A stretch of 57,251 nucleotides of DNA, filler included, from Sphacelaria rigidula (taxonomy: Eukaryota), in assembly GCA_964200075.2 (NCBI GenBank). It is 8 parts of 8 records of this genome, joined end to end, with 100 filler letters (N's around TTAATTAATTAA, not from the genome) between each part and the next. Parts side by side here need not be neighbours in the genome. Positions count along the whole stretch, not along the records: positions 35,848 to 42,915 come from CAXNAA020016652.1; positions 43,016 to 50,083 come from CAXNAA020016653.1; 6 more parts are not named here. One strand, given 5' to 3'. Below, in pieces: positions 35,969-47,757 of this stretch. The number at the start of each line of letters is the position of its first letter. The first letter of the stretch is position 1. The position numbers and the translations under genes were made by a program. The notes below the pieces were generated by a model. It made no database searches. It was not told where the DNA came from and saw only the letters and a list, made by a program, of their open reading frames with translations.

Positions 35969-38755
35969 GTAGGGTTCATTTACCGCATGATGGCCAAGCA
36001 CGGCACTCCATACTCGGACATTGAACTGACGGAGCAGCTCACCTTTTACAACGACATGTTCGGCTGGGCCCGTATTGCCTACCTAGCACTTGCTGATCAA
36101 GCTCCGCCGGATATACTGTACGGGCCATCTCCGCAAGGTTTGTAGCCGAAGATTTCATAAGATGAGGGTTTTGTCGCTGAGTCAGCGATCAGAATGGTCT
36201 CTCTAGCTAGCACAACATCGTCGAGTTTTGGAACAAAAGCTTCCGTTGACATGACTCGGGGAAGGCGTGGTTGGTTGACTTCTGATCTCTCAGTTGTTCC
36301 TACCCTAGATTTGTCTCGATATGGCCGCGAAAAGCTCAGCGGCGGAAATAATTCTTCGTGTCACTGCATGTTCCTAACGGACCTGCATCGGAAGGTGCTC
36401 GACACCATTGGCACAAAACGCTCGTCCCATCCGTGTCGAGGTTTGTGGATCTGCATGATAATCGTTGCACTTGATCATGAAGAGACGAACCGACAGGTTA
36501 TGTACCTATGCGAACTCATGTAAGATACTTCCTTTGTAACAGACAGAATCGCTCAACATTTCACCCCATATGGTGTGTACCCCTCCCTACCCGTGCTCCG
36601 TCTCGAAAGGGATGCGTGGTCAATGGTCAAACGACTAAGGCAAGCAACAAATGAGTGCGCCCCCCCCCTCCTACCCAAATGAGTACGTCCCCTCCTACCC
36701 ATGCATGCAGACTATGGGCTGGTACCCACACTTGGCTATGGTGAGGTTGTGGACGCTATCTGTCATCTACTCAACTTGGCGCTCGAAGTACTCCGGGTGG
36801 GGTCGATCGAACGGGTATTAGACGCCAGCTACGTGGCGAGCCTACCCTGGTATTCCCAACTTCCCAGTCTGCTCGCCGGCGGTGAATAACATGACTGGTG
36901 AGGTGATTATCTAATGACTACGCACATATATTTTTGAAAATGAAGTTGAACATCATAATGGGGTTCAAGTCCAAAACAGTGCTTCCCCTGACCTAAAGTA
37001 ATGACGAATGACTTTCATATGGACAACATCATGCCCCCGACCTCCTTGAACCTGTTTGTGGGGTTTGGCTTCACGTCTTCCGTTCCTCCAAAGGGTATCC
37101 GCGAAAGCAGCACCATTTTGCCTCGATTTCGGGGGGAAGAATGGAATGTTTTTTGGCCCGAAGATGGTGCTTTCGCAGATATCCCTTGGGGGAACGGAAG
37201 ACCGGAAACCCTGAAGAATAGTTTCACGGAGGTCGGCGGGCATGAGGTCGTCCCTGTGAAAGTCGTTTGTCGTGACTTCGGGTCAGGGAAAGCACCATTT
37301 CTGACTCGATCCTCATTCTGATCTTCAACCAGATTTGCAAAAATAATATGTTTACGGCTCTAGCTTGATGGTTTCGAACGCTGACATATTGTGCTGGTAT
37401 TGTGCAGTCGTCTCACCGTTCCCGCAGGGCTTCTCTGTGTCTGGTCATAACTAGCTGCGAGATTGATGCATGGTTGTATGATAGAATACGGCGAAGTCGA
37501 TTTTGCCACGTAGCGATAGTTGATACACACTGTCGTGGTCCAGAGGTGCGTTTTCGATGCACAAATGTCGTCGATAGGCAGTGACGATGCTATCGATTAG
37601 GAGACGACAGCGTTCCACCCGCTCGTGCTCTAGCGTGTTGTGATGAAGGCATACTCACCGTATGTTTATATACGTATGTATCCATGCATGTATGTATGTA
37701 CGTACGTATGTACGTACGTATATGTGTGTATAAATGTATGATAACGTATGTATCCATGCATGTATAATGTATTTTAACCGTGTACGATGTACTACGTGCT
37801 CCTTTTTATTATGTATCATGTGTAATGTATTATGGATTGTGTATATGTTGTGTGTCATGTTTCATGTATCATATACTATGCAGTATATATCATGTGGTAT
37901 GTATGTATGTATGTATGTTTGTATGTATTCATAACGTTTGTTCTGAGCCCATATAATAAGCACAGTGCTCACCACCTGTACCATCGCTCATGTATTTTCC
38001 TCGGATGCACTCGAACACTCCCTCCAGCTTGTTTTTCTTCCCAGCAGGCAGATTCAAAACGACTACAGCTGAGACTACTGTGGACTCTTACATCGTCCCG
38101 CACACGCGCACATATCACAAAACATTGGGGCCGACTGACATGAGCTACCGCGTCATCAGCAGTTCCACCGAACCAAAAGTACAAGAGCCGAGGTGTGGCG
38201 ACGGATCTACGGTGATCGAGAAGCACGCTTCGGCATTTCTCCTCCGTTCAAGGACACGAGACGGTGGCTTATGTGGACTCCATTTCTTTTTGTCCTTGTT
38301 TGTGATGCGAGAGCCGTTGATGTCGGCGCCCCGCACCGCTTGGGGTTTCTGCGAGGCGAAGGTAATTTCTCTCTTCTTCACGTGAGGGCAATCTTTCCTG
38401 CCAACCCCGTTGGGGTATTTCTACCTGGCGCAGTGTCGACTTGCCCATCCATTGACATTGGGCCATAGGCATCCAAGTAAAAGGTGTGGAACATACATAT
38501 GCTGCCTACGATGCGATCCGGTCCAGATCCACTAGATGAAACTAACTCAATGAGATATTTAACGTACGTACGCTGCCGTAACAACATGTATGGTATTTTG
38601 TTTTTACATTTCCCCTACGAGGCTGTCAGTGGCTAGTTTTCCCAGACCCGTAATGTACTGATGCCAACTGGCACTGCAGACCACGTTGTGTTCCCAGCGT
38701 TGAAGATCCGGAGCGAGGTGGTTCACTTCTGGGGACAGTATTTAACTTGTGGTAG
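35969..38755 (+). CDS. Hypothetical protein, 3' part; exons 35969-36137, 36711-36881, 38045-38192, 38698-38755
   Basis: CAG acceptors and GT donors with matching phases (1,1,2) give an open 181-aa product VGFIYRMMAKHGTPYSDIELTEQLTFYNDMFGWARIAYLAL...DYGLVPTLGYGEVVDAICHLLNLALEVLR...GGSLLGTVFNLW, followed by TAG TAG TAG. No family was recognised. Confidence 0.6.
36598..36700 (+). mobile_element. 3' end fragment of the LINE family with duplicated terminus
   Basis: CCGTCTCGAAAGGGATGCGTGGTCAATGGTCAAACGACTAAGGCAAGCAACAAATGAGTGCGCCCCCCCCC, then a second AAATGAGTACGTCCCCTCCTACCC. Confidence 0.75.
36957..37317. mobile_element. Palindromic MITE, about 360 bp; second copy at about 40900-41252
   Basis: Long imperfect self-complementarity (GTGCTTCCCCTGACC...GGTCAGGGAAAGCAC; CTTCCGTTCCTCCAAAGGGTATCCGCGAAAGCA / TGCTTTCGCAGATATCCCTTGGGGGAACGGAAG). 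The homologous copy begins ACTCCAAAACAGTGGCTTCCCTGACC at 40911. Confidence 0.78.
37659..37930. repeat. Degenerate (TATG/TACG)n simple repeat
   Basis: Directly visible low-complexity tract. Confidence 0.85.
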
Positions 38756-39151
38756 TAGTAGTTAGCATCAGTACATTGCTTGTGCATTCGTTTCCACTGA
38801 TGGATCGGCGGGTTTGTATGAAAGGACTCCCCCTGCTGTTGTTGAAAGTGGCGTAAGCGATTTTGAATATTGTGGCATTTGTAGACAAAGGCTAGGCTTC
38901 TACTTAGAATGCTAGTACGGGTTCTATGTGTAGGTGACCCATCATTATTTTCAAGATAAACGTTTTTTTGTCAGAACCCATGCTGGCATGATAAGTAGAA
39001 GCCTAGACCAGGCTATGCTGAAGAAACTGTATCCCAATTTTGTTTTTTTTGGGGGGGGCAACAGCAGTCAAGGATAATGCTCTTCAGTTTTGTACGTTGT
39101 GTCGTGTGTGGACTTGCTTGTGATTTTTTCCGCAATATATGTGTATCTTGT

Positions 39152-39213
39152 TTTTGTTGTTGTTGCTGCTGCTGCCGCTGCCGCTGCCGCCGCCGCCGCT
39201 GCCGCTGCTGCTT
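39152..39213. repeat. Compound (TTG)(CTG)(CCG) trinucleotide microsatellite
   Basis: Directly visible. Confidence 0.9.
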
Positions 39214-39275
39214 TTTTTGTATTCAAAGTTACATATTGTACGCGCTTCAGAAGGGGCATGTCTTAGTACAGCCGT

Positions 39276-39657
39276 CACACGCGGCCATTCAGCTACCCCC
39301 CAAAATACTCTGTTCCAGTCAACTTTTCGAGCCTCCAGAGCAATTAAACGCCTCCAGAGGGTGCGCGGCCCTCCAGAGGAGTGGGATTAAACGCCTCCAG
39401 AGGCTTCTTTTGCCTCTGGAGGGCCGCGCATCCCCTGACGGAAGTTGGAGGATGCGCGGCCCTCCAGAGCGCTATCTTTTTTGTTACTCTCGAGGAATTC
39501 AGACCTCAAGAGTCACTGGAGCATCAGATGCTCTCCATAGGGTTCGTTTATGACCGCACCTGGGCATGAAATATCCTCTAGAGGGTACTTTTTATCCTCG
39601 AGAGGATGAAAATCGCGATGGAGGATTTCTCTGGGGGTAGCCGAATGGTCGCGTGTG
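39276..39657. mobile_element. Non-autonomous TIR element with internal CCTCCAGAGG repeats; second copy at 54431-54778
   Basis: TIRs CACACGCGGCCATTCAGCTACCCCC / GGGGGTAGCCGAATGGTCGCGTGTG. A near-colinear copy lies on another contig. Confidence 0.85.
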
Positions 39658-42269
39658 CATTTATATTTAGTCCTGTGTAGTGTTTGTATTTTCATGTAAG
39701 AGGTGTTGTTGATGTCTTTGCTTGATAGACCTTGGCGATCTCCAGTGTGTAATATCCTGCGTTTGGCATGCTCTTCCATTGCCCAGAATAACCGTAGTAT
39801 TACCCACCTGCCTTGCTTCTTTTTTGTTTCAGTGATGTATGGATACGTTTCTCAACTGCATCGTATATAGTCGGTCCTTTGATTCGAACCCCGATGAACC
39901 GGTTTAGTCGGAAAGTACTGGTGATTTGGTTCGCAACGTTACCGATGCCCTGTCGTCCCCAACAGGAAGGCTAGCGACGCGGTTGATGTAATGTGCGAAT
40001 ATCTGCTCTTCATTGCGTTCAACAATCATTTGCTGAGGTCGCATTTTGGGCCGTTTTTTTAGTATTCGCACAAACGTATAGGCGTTTGTCATTTTCTGTT
40101 TTTTTTTCTCATATATAGCTTTTAATGGACGCATCGTCCCGTACCCTAATGTGTCCAGGCCAACAGACACTTCACATCAAACTTTGGTTCCAACAGTTAA
40201 GAATGAAGATCTTGTGAACCGAAATTCCTTCAGTGATTTCAGTTGGTACCGGCATACCGGGGTCCGGGGTGGTGGGCTCCCCAAGAGCTACGTACGAAAA
40301 ACATCCAAGTAACCCATTTTTTTTTTTACGTGAAACGCTACCGGTGTAGTTTTACGATTGTCCGCTCCACTTTTTGGTGTAGTAATTTTCATTATTTTTT
40401 TTTATTGGCCTGTGGTCTTGCAGTGTTCCGTGATTGTGCTTTTGTACGTTCTCTACTGTGTCCTGGCGTTTCATTGGTTCCTTAGTTTCCTTCTCCTCTG
40501 TTTTCCCTTGCTTTCCCTGTCGTTCTCTCTCACTCGTGATCCCTTTCCCTTCGGTAGCAGTGTAGCAGTGTGGTACCTTGCTTCCGTAGGGATAATGGGT
40601 GAGATCTCATGCCAAATTATTATGGCGCGGCACATAGCTGAGCCACTATTTCCTGCAAGGATTTTTTTTGCTTTGTTTCTCTGTATGGGTACAGGGGATT
40701 GATTGTTGCCCAACGGCCTTTTTCACCTGAAGCCACACTGCAGGGGCTAGCCATTTTTTTTTTGTGTGTATGTGCTATTTTATTTACAGTGTATTTAATT
40801 ATTTGTTTTTCTTGTTCCCCGTCTCTTTTCCTCCCTGCTTTTGTTCTGTTTTATTTTATTTTTCAACATGGAATCCTCGGAGATGGGATCGAACATTGAT
40901 ATGATACTCAACTCCAAAACAGTGGCTTCCCTGACCTGAAGTCATGACAGATGACGTTCATATGGACGACTTCGTGCTCTCCAGCCTCTCTAGAACTATT
41001 TTTTAGCGTTTCCCGTCTTCCGTTTCCCTAAAAGGTGTGTGCGAAAGCACGATTCTCGGGCTAAAAGGCGTCCCTTTTTCACCCTGAAATCAAAGCAAAA
41101 TTGTGCTTTTGCACATATACCCTTCGCGGGAACGAAAGGAAAAACCCCCCCAAAATAATTTCAGGGAGGTCAGGGGGCATGCGGTCGTCCATATGAACGT
41201 CATTTGTCAGGACTGGGTTAGGAGAGGACTGATTTCGAGTTGAAACCCATTTTTCAGGATCAACTTTTGTTGCTTCTCAGTTTTTCGTTTACTTTTTTTT
41301 CTATATATATACTTCGAAGTATATATTCTAACTTTTCTTCTCCTGAGGGAGGGTTTGCGTCTTGTTGACCGTGGGTACATTTATGTTGTGACCACGGCTG
41401 GATCCCCCGGGAATTAGTCAAGGTAGTGCGACAATCAATCAATCAATCAATCAATCAGTCGTATCGATTGTAACCGCATGGACGAGCATTGCAAACTGAA
41501 GTGCTCCAATTCTTGGCTCAAAGTGGATGGTTTTTCGATAGGGTCCGCGTTCTTAGGACGCCTGTGCGTGTCCGACGGTGGGCTAGTGTCGTATTAGCGA
41601 TGTGCCGTGTAGATGGGCGTAGTCAGTGCGAGGTGGTTGAGACGAGCAGTATGTCACGAGTTTGGCGCCGATGCGTCAAACAGGAGAGGATGTAAGAAAT
41701 GCAAAATAGACTATTGCGAGATGCGTGTGTGCGAGTGTGAATGTGTGCGACTTTGGAGTTTGTGTTGTGTGGTTATGGGATCAGTGAATAGGGGCGCTAA
41801 CGAAATAGATGACCACTCAAAGGAATAGAAACTAAAGGAATAACCCAGGTGGATGAACCTGGTGCACACATACCTTGGCGCGACTCTCCTCCTCTATTCA
41901 GTTGTGCGTGTTGTCTCTTGCGGCCACACAGGTGCGTTCGCACGTTCATGCTCGGAAGCGAGCGATTAATAGTACCCAGTGCCTAGCTGAGTATCACGAC
42001 GCCCCGCAATGAGAATCTACAACGAAGCGCGTGTGTGCATGTTATGGGGCCGCCTTTGGTCGATCGCATGTGCGAAACTCGGCCGTACAGGTCCCGCAGT
42101 GACACGACCCCTCGTTTCATCTCGATATTTTTTTGGTGCCATGGGTGTGCTGTGCATAGGTCGTACATGTGTACATGTGCCATGCATGACAATATGTGGG
42201 ACGTGCTTCAGGGATCCTCTCGGATATAGCTCGTTGGCACGGGCGAGACACATGTACATGCATGTACCA

Positions 42270-42562
42270 CATGGGTGGCCACTGGGATCTGTAACCTGGC
42301 CATTTTGGGACCTCAACCACCTTTGGTAAGGTCCGCGGATTGGGTAGACAACTAAAGAGCATTCGCACAGCGTGGACAGGATCGAAACAAAATATGTCCC
42401 AGTCTATAGGCGGGTGACTCCCCTGTAGACTGAAACATGCTTTGTTTCAAACCTGTCCATGCTGTGCGAATGCTCTTCGGTTGTCCACCCAATCCGCGGA
42501 CCTCCCCAAATGTGGATAAGGTCCCAAAATGGCCAGGTTACAGACCCCAGTGCCCACCCGTG
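42270..42562. repeat. Long foldback hairpin, about 140-bp arms, short loop near 42415
   Basis: ACTGGGATCTGTAACCTGGCCATTTTGGGACCT pairs with AGGTCCCAAAATGGCCAGGTTACAGACCCCAGT; GAGCATTCGCACAGC pairs with GCTGTGCGAATGCTC. Confidence 0.9.
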
Positions 42563-43015
42563 CAGCGACAAGCATCCATATCGTAAACGTATCACTGCGA
42601 ACTGCGTCGGGCATGAGGCGTTTCGTACAGAGGAGGAAAGCAGGGGGCTCACAGGACAAACATAAACGCAACACCCATCGAACCCCTCCCAGCAAGAGCC
42701 TGCTGTGAGATCACGAAGTGACACACCGAAAACCAACACTCAGGGAATCGTGGCGGTAAGGATTTCCTCTCAAAGCAGCCCCCTGCTGCCCAAGAGGGGG
42801 CTGTTCGCCCCGATAAGTGGGGAAATGGAGCGAACGTTGGAAGGCGTCGTGGACCTTCATCTAACAGCCGATAATCGAAATCGAGGATGGAGCTTTTCAT
42901 TGAGGATGAGAACCCNNNNNNNNNNNNNNNNNNNNNNNNNNNNNNNNNNNNNNNNNNNNTTAATTAATTAANNNNNNNNNNNNNNNNNNNNNNNNNNNNN
43001 NNNNNNNNNNNNNNN

Positions 43016-43075
43016 CCACGACCCAACTGTCAGAAGGCTTCGAGGTTACCAACAGAGCCACCGGGGCTACCGGTC
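43016..43075 (-). mobile_element. tRNA-derived SINE head truncated by contig start
   Basis: CGAGGTTACCAACAGAGCCACCGGGGCTACCGG is homologous to 47724-47757. Confidence 0.7.
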
Positions 43076-43234
43076 AGCTGTGCAACCCAAATATTCGGGG
43101 ACCAGACTCCCAGAAACATGGTGTTTGCACGCCGGGGCCTTTTCGTGAATCGGCATCATTTCCAGTATTTTGCAAGTAAAAATAATGCCGATTCTCACAA
43201 TGGTCCGTTCAACACCCCCAGCAGCCCCGAGAAG

Positions 43235-43310
43235 CTGTTGTTGTTCTTGTTGTCGTTGTCGCTGTCGTTGTCGCTGTCGTTGTCGTTGTCGTTGTCGTTG
43301 TTGTTTTTGT
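43235..43310. repeat. (GTTGTC/GCTGTC)n microsatellite
   Basis: Directly visible. Confidence 0.9.
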
Positions 43311-44319
43311 CTTTACATTAAAAATCGTTCCGATATCTGCGCGGTACATTCGTATTGGGCTTCTGATGCGGACGCCTTCCGTGGTCACAGGCTAGCAAAA
43401 ACCAAAAAAACAAAATACTGTAGACCCACATGAAAACTCACAAAACGCGATACAAGCAAGACAGGGATAAACAATAAAGAAGAGAATACATATGGATCGG
43501 GTGCCGCAGGTGGCCATTCGAAGCTATATAAATTACAAATGATGTACGAATAGTATAATGTAGTCATCGGAATGATTCTATGAGTTGAATCATGATTTTA
43601 TTTTTTCGTTCTAACCGTGCAATGTTGTTGGGTACGGACAAGGAAAGCCCGAGCGGGTTGCGTCGAGGTCTGTTTTTACACAGCAGTTACCAACCGCGGT
43701 GAGCCACCGTACACCACGGCGCAACTTTGTTCACGATGTGCAATCTACAAAACCCTCGATGTTTCGTTCCTATACTATAGTACCGGCCACATTCCCTGCC
43801 GCTATCGGCTAGTCTGCAAATGCTCCGATGCCCCCTGGGTGTAGCACAGAAAAGTGAAGAGTGCTCCGTGTTGTACTCCCGGCACGGCAGAGCAATCCGC
43901 CATTCAGGTGCTGTCAGAACATTATTGCGTGTTTTCCTTCCTGTGATGTCCCAACACAACAACATGGGACCACGCCGTCGATGGTTCTTGATTAAAGGAA
44001 CGCATCCTCCGACCATTACGAGAGGTATCGGTCGTGCACTGCACCTAACAGCCGCGGCGACCTGCCGCGCACCCCTTGTACCTGCCTAGTGTGGTGTCAT
44101 GTTGACTCCTGATCAAATGACAAAACGAAACCTGTATAAATTGTTGATCCTGCTGAGTCGAGGGTGGATAACACATATAAAGCGCAGGCATCTTTCGCGC
44201 ACTACAGCTGGGAGAAAATTACCAGGGATGTGCACGGATTAAAAATAAATATGCGGAGCGGATGATTACGGTGCGGTTTGTCAATCCGCACCGCTCCGTG
44301 GCATTTCTAGGGGGCGGAT

Positions 44320-45481
44320 GAGGCTTTAGTTCTGGATGCGCGCATAAAGTTTAGCTTAATTTCGTTTTTTTTGCTTAAATAGGCCTGTTTAGCGCAAAGC
44401 TTATAATCGACTTAATACGCTTGGAATGAGCTTCACTTGACTGCAACGCGCATAAATTTGCAACGTTTTTTCCTCGCAAGTCCTCCATGTGGCGTAACTC
44501 GTCACCAAGCAGGCCGTGTTTCGTGTTTCTATTCTGTTGCGGGTCTGATGGGCAGACTGCTCCACTTTATATTTAATGCACATGGTGCTATGTGCTTTCA
44601 AAAATATGACAAGATTATTAAATAAACAATACACTTGTGCTTTGTACAGCAGACAGCAGTAGTAACAGCAGCACCAACTCAGAGAATTGATCACGAGTGA
44701 TGGCAGCGTTTGTAACTGACGAGGTCATGATGGGCCTACTGTCCGAGAAGGACAACTTTTTGGTCGCAGCCTCAGGCGCGCACTCGGAGTACGGTCAGCT
44801 GTCGTTTTGAGATGACAACAAGAACCGGCTTCCCAGTTGGTATCTCATGGTGATGGATACTGTACTTATCCAGCCATCGTCCGCGTCTATGTAGCGAGTG
44901 TTTTCGATTTTGAAGGGGTGCTTGAAGTCCGGGCAGGAGAAGGTGTTGGGTGACCGGATCGAGTCCGCAGTTATGATGAAGTACAATCGGTATCCGTAGT
45001 TCGACAAGATTTCAATTTCGACTGACGGTCAATGATGCGGGGAGGGTAGTTTGTAACTTTTAGCTTGTAGCTTGCCGGGCGAGAGCCCAAAGGTTGCAAT
45101 GCCCTGTGTCCAGAGGCTAGAATGCCGTACTACTGTATCAAGTATCGTAAGTGTAGTGGCGTTTGTTGTTCCCGTGCGTGGGTTAGGGTGTAGGTGTGCA
45201 GGTTGTGGTCTCCAAAGTCAACAAAGAAAAGCTTCATATTTTAATTACAAACAGTCCACAAAACTTCAAATGCCCAACTTGTCGTTTTCTCCTCACGCTA
45301 GAAGGCGCGCCTCGTGAGAAGATACTGCCACAACGCCACAACAAGGACGGGAATGAGGTGCATAAAGCGCGCCTAATTTGCGCTAGAAAAGCTTAAATTG
45401 GGGCTTGAAAGCAAAGAAAGAGCTTATAAAAAAAGGGAGCTTAATTTCAAGAAAAAAACGCGCATACGGAACTAAAGCCTA
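44320..45481 (+). mobile_element. Nested, internally deleted hAT element
   Basis: TIRs AGGCTTTAGTTCTGGATGCGCG / CGCGCATACGGAACTAAAGCCT, with a perfect 8-bp TSD GGGCGGAT at 44312-44319 and 45482-45489. Confidence 0.88.
44700..44999 (+). pseudogene. hAT transposase C-terminal dimerisation domain remnant
   Basis: Reads LSF*DDNKNRLPSWYLMVMDTVLIQPSSASM*RVFSILKGCL...DRIESAVMMKYNR. The stops at 44808 (TGA) and 44892 (TAG) sit where W and the E of the PSSAxxERxFS motif are expected. Confidence 0.85.
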
Positions 45482-45699
45482 GGGCGGATATCGGCTCCGT
45501 GACAATCCGTGATTTCTCCCACTGGCGGATATCCGCTCCGTACATTGAAAAAAATCGCTCCGTACCGTGACATTTTCGTTGGCGGGTATCCGCTCCGCAA
45601 TAATCTGTGAATTTTCCGAAGTACGGATATCCGCTCCGCTTCGTATAGATTACAGCTGCGTGGTTGGAACCGTGAAACGCGGTTTTCTACCGTGCGGTT

Positions 45700-46150
45700 T
45701 TATCCTCTCCGTAGCTGATCCGTGCGTCCTCCGTGGCATAACTTGTGGATTGAACCGCTAAAAAGACACGGATTTCCATGGACGAAGTTTTTCTGAATGC
45801 CGGATAACTTAGAATTGGAAGGATAAAAATACCGTTCTGGATAAGTAACTCGCCGATACGATTCTGAAAGTCTGCACTCCGTACTCCATCCGTGCGTTCT
45901 CCGTAGCACATCTCAGATCAAACCGCTGAAAAGCCTCGAAATTCCAGGACGAATTTGTATTGAATGCCGGATATACCTAAGAATTCGAATTATGAAAAAT
46001 ATCGTTCTGTATAAGCAATTCGCCGATACGGTTCTGAAATTGTGCTCCGTACTTCATCCGTGCGTTGTCCGTAGCATCACTCAGATCAAACCGCTGAAAA
46101 GCCACGAAATCCCACGGATAAATTGATAAATTGTTTCGAATGCCGGGTAA
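45700..46150. repeat. 168-bp tandem repeat, about 2.5 copies, inside the hAT element
   Basis: AACCGCT(G/A)AAAAG at 45753, 45921 and 46089. Confidence 0.85.
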
Positions 46151-47394
46151 GATGGAATTTGAAGTTCAAATATACTCAAGAGCCAGAAAATGGGTCTGGG
46201 CAGTCTCAGGACCCCCGACCATCGGTCAGCCCGTAAGTCATTCAATCATGAGCGCAGATGTGATTTTATTCTGGAATGTGGAGGAGATGCCTAGTAGATC
46301 CCCAAACTTCGGGATCAAATGTCCACTGGGATAATCGGTGGCACGCGAAAACACTTTCGAATATCCCCGACTAGGAAAAAACTACGAAAATATCCCTTTT
46401 TCAGTTGAAAGCTACCGTGCTGCTATTGACGTCATTCTTGAGGAATGTATTCCATGCTTTTTCTTGTGGTGGATAGCCTTGGTCCTAGGTCAAGGGCTGT
46501 TGCTGTTGCGTGTCTGCCACCCCGCCCCCCGTCGTCACCCTGTCCTGTAGGGTGAATTCAAAATTCAAATATGTACTGTTCATTATTCTCAATTGATTTT
46601 TTATTTTTTCTCCAGGGATTCGACCTTACATATGCGCTATTTAATCCGCCGTCCTCCCTGTCCAGAAGCTGGAAGTCAAAGCAAAATAACTCCTTTCGTA
46701 CTTTTTGGTATTTATCCGCCGCGGATATCCATACATTTTTCGCGGATAAGCGTATCGTTTCCACGGATTACTGCGACGGTGCACCGCGGGGAATTGCCGC
46801 GGTTTGTGCGGTTTGTTCCACGGAGGGGGGCAAACTGCTCGGTGAAAAAATCCATGCCACGGATATCCGCTCCGCAATCATCCGTGCATTTGTACCGGGC
46901 GGATATCCGCTCCGTGAAAATCCGTGATTTTTTCCACTGACGGATATCCCCTCCGCTCCGTACCATATTCGAAAAATCCGCACCGCACCGTGACATTTTT
47001 CGTTGGCGGATATCCGCTCCGCAATAATCCGTAATCTTCCACACAGACGGATATCCGCTCCGTCATAATCCGTAATCTTCCACACAGACGGATATCCGCT
47101 CCACTCCGCCCCGTGAGATTTCGAAGAAAAAAAAACGCAGCGCGGAGCGGATTGTCCTCCGTACACATCCCTGAAAACTACGCGCGATTCAGGGCCCATC
47201 GGGAGTGAAGGTTTGAGCGGTACAAGTTGTTGGTCCCGCATTAAGCTGAAGGTGGGAAAAATGTACAGACGCTCACCTCGAACGACTCGGTCAATCAAGT
47301 GGTACATGACGTTCCCGACTCATGATGGTCAGAAGTGCGTGGCATGTACAATCGATGCATTCGAATTTGCAGTGCAGGGGCTGACTATGAGTGT

Positions 47395-47757
47395 ATATGT
47401 TGTGTGTTGTGTTATCGCCCCATCTATTCTGGACGCCGGTGTACACCTTTCGGTATATGTGGGCCCACCAACCTGGGTCACACAGGAGGAAGGTCAACAA
47501 AGGAGTTTCTTTTTTTTGTTTGTTTTGAGTACCCCACCTTCCTTCTGCGGTGCTTGCCTTTGCTTTCATCCCGAGAGGGGTTCAGCACTCCCTTTCCCTC
47601 GTCGACCGTGAAGTCGAATTTTGTGTACCCACGACATCGTCGCTCTCCATTGTTGGGCATCGTGTAAGGAGAATCTCAGACCGCTCAGAGATTTGAACCC
47701 ACAACCCAACCGTCATAAGGTGTCGAGGTTACCGACTGAGCCACCGGGGCGACCGGC
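47395..47757 (-). mobile_element. tRNA-derived SINE, about 360 bp
   Basis: The minus-strand head GCCGGTCGCCCCGGTGGCTCAGTCGGTAACCTCG...GTGGGTTCAAATCTC has Pol III A-box and B-box motifs. The body is shared with 54186-54876 and 17850-17925, and it ends in an (ACA)-rich tail. Confidence 0.82.

Larger units (their letters stand above)
44223..47173. mobile_element. Non-autonomous hAT DNA transposon with many GCGGATATCCGC subterminal repeats
   Basis: TIRs CAGGGATGTGCACGGA / TCCGTACACATCCCTG. The 8-bp flanks AAAATTAC and AAAACTAC match at 7/8. The palindromic CGGATATCCG motif is repeated at 45484-45640 and 46720-47100. Confidence 0.85.

Noticed and set aside
39068-39553. Poly-Ala, poly-Cys or poly-Leu ORFs (also 43118-43433)
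   Set aside because: These are translations of trinucleotide/hexanucleotide microsatellites and an adjacent MITE.
47685-47757. tRNA gene (also B-box-like GTTCGA(A/T)TC motifs near 19301, 39882 and 56073)
   Set aside because: No complete cloverleaf with a paired acceptor stem could be built. The 47.7 kb copy is attached to a repeated SINE body, and the others are too degenerate to call.
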